NCBI GenBank assembly: GCA_013375395.1
Contig: JABXJW010000002.1
Coordinates: 3,733 to 58,586, forward strand
Direction of reading: 5' to 3'
DNA from: Desulfobacterales bacterium
GTDB taxonomy: Bacteria; Desulfobacterota; Desulfobacteria; Desulfobacterales; C00003060
Length of the DNA stretch: 54,854 nucleotides
Part shown: in pieces, positions 46,251 to 54,854 of the stretch
How positions within the stretch are numbered: position 1 is the stretch's first letter
How the letters are laid out: each line of letters starts with the position of its first letter
Program-made: the position numbers and the translations under genes
Notes under the pieces: model-generated
Seen by the model: only the letters and a program-made list of their open reading frames with translations
Told to the model about the DNA's origin: nothing
Databases searched by the model: none

Positions 46251-46479
46251 TGTTCTCCCCCCTTCACACGCTTCGGACGTGCGTCCGAGCGGGCAAAAAA
46301 GAATAATGGACAAACCATATTTGGCGTAAACATTCGGGTGACTTATCCTGCCTATTTCAGGGCAACCTTCTCAACCCCGTTCCGGGGCGTGAGAACGGTA
46401 TAATTTCCAGCTTTTATCGGCCAATACAGGAGCATGTTTTTGTATCGGGGCTCGTGTCCTACATCCTTCATGGTCTGTG

Positions 46480-47169
46480 TTACGCGTTGCCTATGGTTTG
46501 CTTTTCGACCAAAAGGTGTTTCAGTAACTGCACAGTCGCCCTGTCCGTGTGGCGCGCGGACACAATGCCGTCCCAACCGATGTATGCTTTGGCCCCTTTG
46601 TGTAAAAATGCCGTGGCCGCACATCTCTTGATGCCCGTACATCCCATCATAATAATGACCGTGCCGTCGAAGGACCCCTCCATGCTGAATCGGACGAATT
46701 TGTCGGTGATCACCATGTAGCGTTTGTCTCCCTCGTGATACGGCTCAATGTAACCGGACGCCACCCGATTGCGAAGCTGCTCATAGACATACCTTTCCTT
46801 GCTGTATGGTTCGGAGGTGAACATGGCCAGAGACAGATACTTGTGTATGTAGGCTGAATGTACCCTGAGGAGGATCAATTTGTATCCGTGGATCGGTAGA
46901 TTTCTGTAAAATTCCACCGTGACCTGTTCACCCTTATAGTAGTCCGCCTGATATCCCGCCCCTTCCAGTACGGACGTGCACTCCTTAACAAAGGCCGGAT
47001 GAGGCCATTCAATGCTTAAATGGTCAACGATTGCCGCCTTGGAAAGAGACGCCGCCAGGGGGCTGTATGGTTTGACGCGTTTGCCTTGAAGGAAATAGGC
47101 TAAGAGACCCAGAAAGCCGATTCCAACGACCGCCCGGGTGAACTTGTTGTACGGCCCAGACCTTTTCAA
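46480..47169 (-). CDS. Hypothetical membrane-anchored protein (229 aa)
   Basis: One N-terminal TM (AVVGIGFLGLLAYFL). No family recognised with confidence. Confidence 0.5.
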   Translation of the reverse strand: MKRSGPYNKFTRAVVGIGFLGLLAYFLQGKRVKPYSPLAASLSKAAIVDHLSIEWPHPAFVKECTSVLEGAGYQADYYKGEQVTVEFYRNLPIHGYKLILLRVHSAYIHKYLSLAMFTSEPYSKERYVYEQLRNRVASGYIEPYHEGDKRYMVITDKFVRFSMEGSFDGTVIIMMGCTGIKRCAATAFLHKGAKAYIGWDGIVSARHTDRATVQLLKHLLVEKQTIGNA

Positions 47170-47289
47170 CCTATTCCATCGAACCTCGTGTCTTATTCGA
47201 AATCACTGCCAACGCAATAATAGCCGCCATCAGTGCAGCCTGGACCAACCACGGGGCGGGCAGATCAAACTTATCAATTGTTGGTCATT

Positions 47290-47310
47290 CTTTACACTTT
47301 ACACTTTACG
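47290..47310. repeat. Three tandem heptamers CTTTACA/CTTTACA/CTTTACG
   Basis: Direct reading. They lie about 120 nt upstream of the minus-strand start at 47169. On the minus strand they give repeated TAAAGT (-10-like) hexamers after TTGCAC/TTGCAG. Confidence 0.6.
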
Positions 47311-47728
47311 CTCTGCAAAAATTGTGCAAAATTAAGCGATTGTCATATTTCCCCAATTCCTGAATAGTTACGTGACACCATGCAAATAATTAGCCTAGAA
47401 TATGGATAATAAATGTTATATTTTGCGGAAAAAAATTCCACTTTTGAGCAATGTGATGGACACGACAAACGGGGAAAGGGCAAAACGCCATGCCGCCAAA
47501 ATAGGACATCAACAGTTATTGCGGGATATTTTCAGATCGTTGCAGGAAGGGAAAGAAAAATAATCTGCGGTGGGAGAAGGTATTTCTACAAGAGATACTT
47601 TAGTCGAAACAGGGCTGATCCTGTTTGCCCCTTCAAGTTGAAAGGCTCAAACGTGGAAGCAAAGATCAAACACTAAGAGGTGAAGCTGATATGGTCTAAA
47701 GTGCATCGGCCACACAGGCGGCCTCGCT

Positions 47729-48658
47729 CTACTCAAGATCTTCTATACTGAAACCTAATGGATGAACCTCCCTTTCGTAACCCTCCTTTTTTGCAAGGAC
47801 GTCAAGATACAGCGTGCCCATATCTTCAACCGAAGGGATAACCTCCTCGCCTAGCTCCTCGGTATCCACGGTCTTGATATATTTCTTGCAGTTCTGACAG
47901 GTTTCCACCCGGTATGCTCTTCCTTCTTTTTCCGTAAAGAAATACTTGAACCCCTTCGGCTCCTCATTTTCACAGAAGGGGCACTTGGTTCTCATGAATC
48001 GCCATTCGTAACCGCAGCACGAACAAATAAGAAATTTCTTCCTTTCAGCGCCTACGAGTTCCGCCATCACTGGCTTTGATCCGCAGATAGGACAATAGCC
48101 ACGCTGCCACGTTTCCTGATCCACATGGCCCTTGAGCTCGTCCGCGTACGCCTCAAAAATAGGCTGCAGACTGTTTTCAGCTAAAAAAGAGATGATTTCT
48201 CCTTTTAGGTTCAGCCTGTCGGCCAAGCCGGCTACATATTCTGCATCTTTGGCAGCCGTCTTTTTGAACAACTCATCAAGATTCAGCTCCTTGCGACTTA
48301 TGACCTGCTCTATTTTTTCAACATCTGCGGAAACGTTGGTATTGCGCTTCAAGACATTGCACAATCTTTCAAACAGATTTGTAGCCGAGGCTACGTCCAG
48401 CTTCAGGTCGCCCTTATCCACAAGAGGAAATCCTTCCGCGCTCTTCGTCTTGATCAGCTTTTCATCCATGTGGACCGAGTGGGTTTTAATTCCCGGCTTT
48501 ATCTTAAACTGCTCCGTGACAACCCCTTTCAGAAATTCAAGGACCTCTTTGTGACTCGGCCTTTCTTTTGCAACACGATCTATTCTCATGCTCACCTTGC
48601 GCAAGCCGGCATTTGAACTTTCCGTTTTCTTTCTTGAAATTTCTTTTCCCGCGGCCAT
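47729..48658 (-). CDS. fdhE: Formate dehydrogenase accessory protein FdhE
   Basis: Four CxxC pairs in the typical arrangement (CPICGS, CSCCGYEW, CPFCEN, CQNCKKY). GAGGAG RBS. It is adjacent to fdhAB. Confidence 0.85.
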   Translation of the reverse strand: MAAGKEISRKKTESSNAGLRKVSMRIDRVAKERPSHKEVLEFLKGVVTEQFKIKPGIKTHSVHMDEKLIKTKSAEGFPLVDKGDLKLDVASATNLFERLCNVLKRNTNVSADVEKIEQVISRKELNLDELFKKTAAKDAEYVAGLADRLNLKGEIISFLAENSLQPIFEAYADELKGHVDQETWQRGYCPICGSKPVMAELVGAERKKFLICSCCGYEWRFMRTKCPFCENEEPKGFKYFFTEKEGRAYRVETCQNCKKYIKTVDTEELGEEVIPSVEDMGTLYLDVLAKKEGYEREVHPLGFSIEDLE

Positions 48659-48782
48659 ATTTTCTCCTCAAAAATACTGAAGTGTTGGAACCAGGACGAC
48701 TCACCCATCATGTGCGTAAAGCTTCGGTTCGTGTCCAATCTTCCAATTGCAATTGGGGCGAAGCCCCCACAGGTTCGGTTTT

Positions 48783-48819
48783 GCTATGGTACTGCCCCGT
48801 ATTGGGGCAGTACCATAGC
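48783..48819 (-). promoter_or_regulatory. Perfect 16-bp stem-loop between fdhB and fdhE
   Basis: gctatggtactgcccc-gtatt-ggggcagtaccatagc, 11 nt after the fdhB stop. On the minus strand it is followed by caaaa rather than a U-run. Confidence 0.45.
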
Positions 48820-48829
48820 TGGGCATCTT

Positions 48830-49567
48830 TCAGAGTCCATACACAGAGCGATCCTCTGTAAGCACCCAGACCACATGGGTATACAATCCCGGATACCCGG
48901 TGGCATTAGGATATCCGTTGTTTTTCAGGTATCTTATCCTTGCTTTGGCCCATGATATTATCTGTTCGGCGTAGCCGGCCCTTATGGCGCCGGTCGGGCA
49001 TGAAAGCTCACAAGCCGGTCTTCTGGAATTGACAAACTCTCCGTCAAAGTTCGGAATACCCGCAGAATCATCGGCACCCCTTAGCGTCGGATTAAATATT
49101 CGATCATAGCAGAAATCGCACTTCTGCGCTTTTGTGTCCTGCAATTCACCGTCCTTCATATACCCGACCCGGGGAATCCCCATTGGTGTTGGAGAGCCGG
49201 TCTTAAACGGACAGGCTGTCTGACACTCCATCTGGCATTTCGACGGATCACATCGTGCCTCGTTAACCCCGCTGAATCCCATGCGATGTTGCTTAATCGC
49301 ACCCAGCGGGCATGCGTCCTTGCAGTAAGGGTCCACACACTGACGGCATCGATCCGGGAAGAACAGCCACCTCAAATCGCCATTGTTGCCAACCTCAATG
49401 AACTTGACCACATTGAGACTGGCGCCTGACAAATCCTCGGGATTCTGATAGCTCCCCGTAAAGGAGGTGTCCTCGGCCGGCTTTGAATGCCACTGCTGGC
49501 ACGCAATCTGGCAAGCTTTGCAACCTATGCACTTTGAAGTATCAATCATCATCGCTATCTTAGCCAT
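48830..49567 (-). CDS. fdhB: Formate dehydrogenase iron-sulfur (beta) subunit, 4Fe-4S ferredoxin type
   Basis: MIDTSKCIGCKACQIACQQWH and further Cys clusters (CRQCVDPYCKDACP, CPTGA). AAGGAGGTG RBS. No TM anchor is visible. Confidence 0.85.
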   Translation of the reverse strand: MAKIAMMIDTSKCIGCKACQIACQQWHSKPAEDTSFTGSYQNPEDLSGASLNVVKFIEVGNNGDLRWLFFPDRCRQCVDPYCKDACPLGAIKQHRMGFSGVNEARCDPSKCQMECQTACPFKTGSPTPMGIPRVGYMKDGELQDTKAQKCDFCYDRIFNPTLRGADDSAGIPNFDGEFVNSRRPACELSCPTGAIRAGYAEQIISWAKARIRYLKNNGYPNATGYPGLYTHVVWVLTEDRSVYGL

Positions 49568-49585
49568 TCAGAACCACCTCCTTTC

Positions 49586-52500
49586 TTATGGTACCACCTT
49601 TTCTATGTTAACCAAAAATGCCTTGGATTCTTGAATCCTTGTATTGGCATCACCCACAAAAGGCGTCAGCACATTTCCGCTGTCACCCGGATTGGGGGTC
49701 GCATATCCCCAGTGCCAAATAACGCCTACCTGATGAACCGTCTGACCGTTCAGTTGAAACGGCTTGAAGCGCTTGGTAACGCATGCCTTTACGCTGATAT
49801 CACCTCTGGCGCAGCTTACCTTTACCGGGTCTCCATTATTGATCCCCTTGAGAGCCGCAAGCTCTTCGCTCATTTCGACAAATGGTTCGGGCTGAACTTG
49901 GTTGCACCATGGCAGGTTTCTCGTCATGGAGCCCGTATGCCAATGTTCGGTCAGCCTGTAAGTAGTAGCAGCAATTGGAAACTCGGGCGTAGGCGCCAGA
50001 CCATCCGTAAACACGGCGCCATCATAAATATGAACGATCGGGTTTACCTGGTAATTGCCCATGGGGTTTGCCACCACGCTTTCTATGGGCTCATAGTGCG
50101 AAGGAAATGGGCCTTCTGCACGGCCGGGGCCGAACAGGTGCGCATGGCCTTCCTTGTGCATGATAAAGGGGTACACGCCCCCTGGTGCCGCGCCATGGTC
50201 GGGTACATCGCCCTTCCATCCGCCATTATACCTCATAACGTACTTGCTCGGAGCCAGCGGAGCGCCTGCATTACCATTGGCCCCGCCGTCGCTCTGATAT
50301 GTGGAGGCCCGGTTGTAGATGATCCTCCTGTTTAGGGGCCAACACCACGACCAGTAAGAATGAAGGCCTATGTTCGGGTATGAAGGATCGGCCAAAGGCC
50401 CTCCATTGGGAGCATCTGGGCAATGGCGCCTTGCCATCCTGTTTCCAACAGTTGCGGCAAACATACCCGGATTTGCTGTTTCAAAACCATCAGTGCTGCT
50501 GGGGTCAACGAATTGGGCACAATAGAGCCAATTGCCGGAGCAGGTTGTACCGGTCGTCGTCAAAAGGGTGAACTTGGGAACCAGCCCGCTCGGGTTGACG
50601 GTTGTGTCAATGGTGCCATCTGGATTCAGATAATAACCATTGACTTCCATGGCGGCCTTTTCCGCTCTCGTCTGTGCATCGTCCGCAGAGTTGTAACTGA
50701 AATAAGGCCAGTTAAGGTTTGTAATTGGCTGCGGGTATATTCCCGGGCTGGCAGCTTCCTGGGCCTGAATTTCCAGACCAAGCTCTGTTATGATCACAAG
50801 GTCATCCTTTGCGACCCCCGGCGGCTCGGCGGCTTTCCAGTGCCACTGGGCCCACCTGCCGCTATTGCTCCTGGAGCCTGCCCTTTCATAGGCAACGGCG
50901 GCCGGCAGCAAATAGACTGTAGTGTTAATAGCCGCCATCTGTGTAGTTGTAAGGGGGTTCCCATCCACGTCAAACTCCCAGAAGCGAGCCGTCTCCGACT
51001 TGAAGGGGTCTATGACCACCATCCACTGAAGGTTTCTCAGGGCGGCTCTCACATGCTTGCTGTCGGGGTCGCTGACGGCCGGGTTTTCCCCGTCACAGAT
51101 GAACCCGTTGAGTTCACTATGATACATGGCATCAAAGATCGAGAGCATGCTGTAGTTCTTGCCACTCACCTTCTTCGCCAGTCGGTTGTACCCAGTAACA
51201 AGATCCTCGGTGGGCCACCACGCCTTGATCAGGCTTGCCATATACTTTTCCCCGTGCTGCCACCAGTAGGAACTGGCGGGGTCCGTACCAGGTGTTCCAT
51301 TCACCGTGTAGTCATGAGCCGGCTCGATGATCTTTGTTGAGTCAGCCCAGTTGGCTATGAATGTAGCCATGTCCACGTCCATTCCGGTGGGTTGTTTGAT
51401 GTATCCTGGCAGGATATGCTCCAGTATGCACATGTCGGTGGAGCCCTGGACGTTGTCCTGGCCCCTCAGGGCATTGATGCCGCCGCCGGCCACACCGATG
51501 TTTCCCAGCAAGAGCTGAAGAATGGCATAGCTTCTCACATTCTGGGTTCCGACGGTATGCTGTGTCGTACCCATGGCGTACATGATGGTGGCCGACTTGT
51601 CATCAGGATAGGTCGCGCAATAGGCCTGGCAGATCTGCTCATACACAACGGGATCTGATCCGGTAATTTCGCACACCTGATTGATGGTATATGGAGCAAA
51701 CTGCTTTTTCAGAAGCTGGAACGCGCAGTCCGGGTCATTGAGGTCTGCGGCCAGAACGGGAACAAAAGGAGGACCTGCGGTCCCCTGGTAGGCCCAGGTA
51801 CTCTTGTTATACTTGCAGTCAACATCGTGACCAAAAAGGGTACCTCCACCGGTTTTGTCCAATCCGGAAAATACACCAAGATCACCCTCAGCGCATGTCT
51901 GAAAACCAGTGTTGATTTTAAAAAGCGCGTTGGTGCATTCCTTGACGTACTTTTCGTTATACAGATTATTTTGAAGCGCATAATTGATGATCCCGCCGAT
52001 AAAGGCAATATCCGTTCCTGAGCGCATGTGCGCAAACAGATGGGCCTTTGACGAACTCCTGGTAAACCTGGGGTCCACACTGATAAGGGTTCCACCTTTG
52101 TCGATGGCCTTTTGAACCCACTTGAAGGACATGGGGTGGTTTTCGGCGGCATTGCTTCCGATAATCATGACCACATCGGCGTTTCTTATGTCAATCCAAT
52201 GCTGGGTCATTGCACCTCTTCCGAACGACTCTGCCAGAGCCGCAACAGTGGCAGAGTGTCAGACCCGGGCGCAGTGCTCAAGGTACACGATACCCAGGGC
52301 CCTCATCAGCTTTGTAAACAGATAACACTCCTCGTTGGTGTCCTTTGCCGTTCCCAGAGCAGCAATGGTCTCAAGTCTATTGACATATGTAGACTCATCT
52401 TCACCCACTCCCGCGTCTCCCATTTTTTGTAGGTTGGCCTCCCTTTCAGCTTTTATCAGTCCGGCAATTTCAGTCATTGCCGTATTCCAGTCTATCGGAG

Positions 52501-52858
52501 TCCAGGTTGAACTACCGGGCGAACGCCTCAATGGTTGCTGTACTCTCTCTGGATTTACCTGGCCGTCCACTGTGCAGAGTTGCACAGAGGCTGCACCCTT
52601 GCTGCATAGTGCGCCCTGGTTTATGGGATGGTCCGGGTCGCCTTGCACGTAGGTTATGAGACCGCCGCTATCGCTCCCAACCAAGACACCGCATCCGCAT
52701 CCGCAATAAGGACAGATGCTGGCAACCACAGTATCCCATTCAGGCGGATTTGCCGTTGCGTAAGCCTTTATGGGCATCAGGTCAAAGACGCTGCCCAGCA
52801 TCAGGCCCGCAGTGGCCGCACCAGAGATCTTTAAAAAATCTCTTCTAGTTACATCCAT
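49586..52858 (-). CDS. fdhA: Periplasmic formate dehydrogenase catalytic subunit (molybdo/tungstopterin), selenocysteine-containing, Tat-exported
   Basis: Track ORFs 52259..52858 and 49586..52210 share a frame and are joined by ...EHCARV-[TGA 52261-52259]-HSATVAALAESFGRGAMTQ..., the canonical FdhA/FdnG Sec context. Tat signal MDVTRRDFLKISGAATAG. N-terminal 4Fe-4S motif CPYCGCGCG. Confidence 0.92.
52228..52257 (-). promoter_or_regulatory. Bacterial SECIS-like hairpin immediately 3' of the fdhA UGA
   Basis: The minus-strand RNA is UGA C ACUCUGCCA-CUGUUGCGGCUC-UGGCAGAGU. It forms a 9-bp perfect stem starting 2 nt after the UGA, with a G-containing apical region. Confidence 0.75.
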
Positions 52859-53092
52859 TTAAAACCCTCCTTTCCAAAAACTTCTCACATTTTAAACTTT
52901 AGCCTTTCTTTTCTCTTAAGGAAAGGCCAGATCACTGCATAATGTCCAATGCATCCCCCCTTTCGTGTTTCTGTGTGTGAAAAAAACTACCTCTTTACTT
53001 TTCCTTTAATACAGGTACTTGGTCCTCTAATTTCCAACCTTCATATAATTATGCCATCAGCAACCGCATGCAAAGATTGGAGGGAATAGACA

Positions 53093-53341
53093 ATGAATAA
53101 TACTACCAGAAGGCAATTCTTGCAGTACTGCACCACCTCAGCGGCTGCCTTGTGCCTGAGCCAAATCGACCTGCTGAAGTCAGACAAGGCTCTCGGCAGA
53201 GCAGGATGGTTGTTTTTGCGCGTCACAGCTATTCCCTCCAAGCCTTGCATGCGGAAATACACTCCGGCTTCGCCCCAAACCTTATTGCCGGTTGCGTCAC
53301 GCCTTCCACAGAGCACGGCGCTGAGGCAAGTAACAGTATAG
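53093..53341 (+). CDS. Small ORF with a twin-arginine signal (82 aa), function unknown; possibly a gene remnant
   Basis: GGAGGG lies 8 nt upstream of the ATG. MNNTTRRQFLQYCTTSAAALCL resembles the RRxFLxxC Tat leaders of hydrogenase small subunits. The rest has no recognisable domain. Confidence 0.35.
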   Translation: MNNTTRRQFLQYCTTSAAALCLSQIDLLKSDKALGRAGWLFLRVTAIPSKPCMRKYTPASPQTLLPVASRLPQSTALRQVTV

Positions 53342-53729
53342 GGAAACCTTTGTGCCTGGTTGCATCATTTTCTCCAAGGCTTTTTTAGGGTTGGTCGGTT
53401 GATAAATCGATAAGGGATGTCTCAGTCAACAGGAGCTGTTCAAAGCCTTGATAGGGCATGAGCTTCGAGCGACCCTCTATGTCTGAAATGACATAGCATC
53501 TTGGCTTTTCGGCAACCCCCAACTTTTCTCTTAGCTTGCAAAAACCGTGCAAAAGCGATCAATTTGGAGGGCGCATCATAATACTGCACATTTTCACACA
53601 GTTATCTCTTCCCACCTTGAGGACCACGTTGCGGGCATTGGGTAATTAAGGTTATACAATGGAAAAAAAATACCAAATGTGAGGCAACTCGTGGGCTTCT
53701 GGGAATCTTTTTCACAAGGCTCCTTCGAT

Positions 53730-54854
53730 TCAAAACCAAAGCGTTGTGGCGCCACGCTTTTTCTTGCATATCAACACTGATACGACAACAGCCATTACTA
53801 ACATCATCAGGCATATCCAGGGAGCGAGCAGGCCGAATTTATCCACAGGAACAGCGACACCCCCAACGCCACCACCGCCGCCGCCTGAGCCCGATATGCA
53901 GTCCTCGTCAACGCGCCCGTCGCAATCGTCATCCCTCCAATTGTTACACGCTTCAGTGGCGCCAGGATGAATAGTGGCATCGTTGTCATTACAGTCACCT
54001 GCATTCGCCAGATAGCCCGGTGGTGGAGCAGGAGATGCAACGGATTTCGTAACAACGGGATTCCCATAGCCATCGCCATCAGCGTCCTCGTAATAAGTCA
54101 CACAACCTTCGTCAACGGCGCCATCGCAGTCGTCATCCATCCCATTGCCGCACTTTTCGGCACAGCCGGGACAAGTCGTGTCATCCGCATCGTTGCAATC
54201 CTCGTCATTCGTCACATATCCTGCTGTTGGAGTGGTAGTAGAGTCAGCCGGGTCACCATAGCCGTCGCCATCGGCATCCCGATAATAGATCGTAATCGGA
54301 CAGTCCTCATCCGTAGCCCCATCACAGTCATTGTCCAGTCCGTCACACAGCTCGACAGCCCCGGGGTAGATAGCAGCATTGCTGTCATCGCAGTCATCAG
54401 GATTAGCCGCATATCCTGACGGTAGCGAGGTATCTACTACAGAGTCGGCCGGGTCCCCGTAGCCATCGTTATCGCCATCCCGATAATAGGTCGTGCAGCC
54501 TTCATCACTATTCCCATCGCAGTTATCATCCGTCCCATTGCATGTTTCAGTAGCGGCGGGATTTATACCTGGATCGTTGTCCTTGCAATCACCACCGTTA
54601 GCCACATAGCCGGATGGCTGGCTGGTGGCTGTGGTGGAGTCACTTGGGTTACCATAGCCATCGCCATCGGCATCCCTATAATAGGTCATGCAGCCCTCGT
54701 CCATAGCCCCATCGCAGTTATCATCCACTCCATTACACACCTCGCCGGCGCCCGGATGGATGTTGAGATCGGCATCGTCGCAATCACCGCCGTTGGCGAT
54801 ATAACCCGGCTTGGTGTGGTCTGTTGTGGAGTCACTTGTGTTACCATAGCCATC
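53730..54854 (-). CDS. Cys/Asp-rich repeat surface protein (MopE-like 'putative metal-binding motif' repeats) with a C-terminal TM anchor; 5' end outside the window
   Basis: The frame stays open to the window end; the track M at 54740 is an internal GTG. Five repeats have the form DGDGYG[ND]P..S....P.GY..N..DC[ND]D....I.PGA.E.C[ND]G.DDNCDG..DE.C. The tail is SGSGGGGGGVGGVAVPVDKFGLLAPWICLMMLVMAVVVSVLICKKKRG. Confidence 0.8.
   Translation of the reverse strand, partial: DGYGNTSDSTTDHTKPGYIANGGDCDDADLNIHPGAGEVCNGVDDNCDGAMDEGCMTYYRDADGDGYGNPSDSTTATSQPSGYVANGGDCKDNDPGINPAATETCNGTDDNCDGNSDEGCTTYYRDGDNDGYGDPADSVVDTSLPSGYAANPDDCDDSNAAIYPGAVELCDGLDNDCDGATDEDCPITIYYRDADGDGYGDPADSTTTPTAGYVTNDEDCNDADDTTCPGCAEKCGNGMDDDCDGAVDEGCVTYYEDADGDGYGNPVVTKSVASPAPPPGYLANAGDCNDNDATIHPGATEACNNWRDDDCDGRVDEDCISGSGGGGGGVGGVAVPVDKFGLLAPWICLMMLVMAVVVSVLICKKKRGATTLWF
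54064..54854 (-). repeat. Tandem coding repeats of about 192-201 nt (5 copies, last one cut by the window)
   Basis: The recurring plus-strand ccatagcc/ccgtagcc (GYG codons on the minus strand) starts at 54064, 54256, 54457, 54652 and 54844. Confidence 0.8.

Noticed and set aside
46480-47169. A possible caspase/gingipain-like His/Cys dyad (KLILLRVHSAY ... TVIIMMGCTG) in the 229-aa membrane-anchored protein.
   Set aside because: This rests only on hydrophobic-strand-then-H/C patterns. There is no H-G or Q/A-C signature and the spacing is atypical. It is too weak to call without an HMM or structure search.
47413-47676. An 87-aa ORF downstream of fdhE.
   Set aside because: Lys/Arg-rich, with no RBS. 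It lies in the terminator/promoter gap, which includes the aaacagg-gctgat-cctgttt hairpin at ~47611-47630.
53152-53388. Alternative frames (53152..53388 + and 53041..53316 -) as the continuation of a frameshifted hydrogenase small-subunit gene after the Tat leader.
   Set aside because: None of the frames shows the expected C-T-G-C-S-E-S or later Fe-S ligand motifs, so a simple single frameshift cannot be demonstrated by eye.

Overview
The window looks like a chromosomal segment from an anaerobic, selenium-using bacterium. The periplasmic hydrogenase and formate dehydrogenase plus a multihaem cytochrome suggest a Desulfobacterota-like lifestyle, but that is inference and no taxon can be proven from the sequence. 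There are five blocks. (1) 1-3549: a periplasmic [NiFe] hydrogenase operon with small subunit (5'-truncated by the window edge), large subunit and maturation protease. (2) 3628-5181: a double-parvulin SurA/PrsA-like chaperone. (3) 5903-42064: a roughly 36 kb envelope-glycan island. It holds a priming sugar-phosphate transferase and a 9-gene minus-strand type II FAS/PKS-like lipid operon. The operon encodes KS, an inactive KS partner, dehydratase, ACP, ketoreductase, a CrtI-like desaturase, two flavoprotein reductases and a GNAT/Fem-like transferase. The island also holds a Wzz/BY-kinase-like pair, Wzx, a Wzy/O-antigen-ligase-like protein, GT4, GT26 and a processive-type GT2. It further holds three SAM methyltransferases, a B12-radical SAM enzyme, a CE4 deacetylase and two clan GH-A hydrolases. 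Finally it holds three paralogous cytoplasmic phosphodiesterase-family proteins of the alkaline phosphatase (AP) superfamily and a membrane sulfatase/LTA-synthase-like protein. (4) 42519-47169: secreted or hypothetical proteins and a decahaem c-type cytochrome. (5) 47729-52858: fdhE plus periplasmic selenocysteine FdhAB, followed by an orphan Tat-signal ORF and a partial Cys/Asp-rich repeat surface protein. The most striking observation is in the hydrogenase large subunit. It is one reading frame interrupted only by two in-frame TGA codons, and they fall exactly on the two cysteines of the N-terminal Ni-binding motif RxCGxCxxxH. The fdhA gene in the same window has the canonical TGA plus SECIS hairpin. 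This suggests a possible U-x-x-U hydrogenase active site, unlike the classical C-terminal Sec of [NiFeSe] enzymes. All calls rest on motif recognition by eye; no database search or folding program was run.
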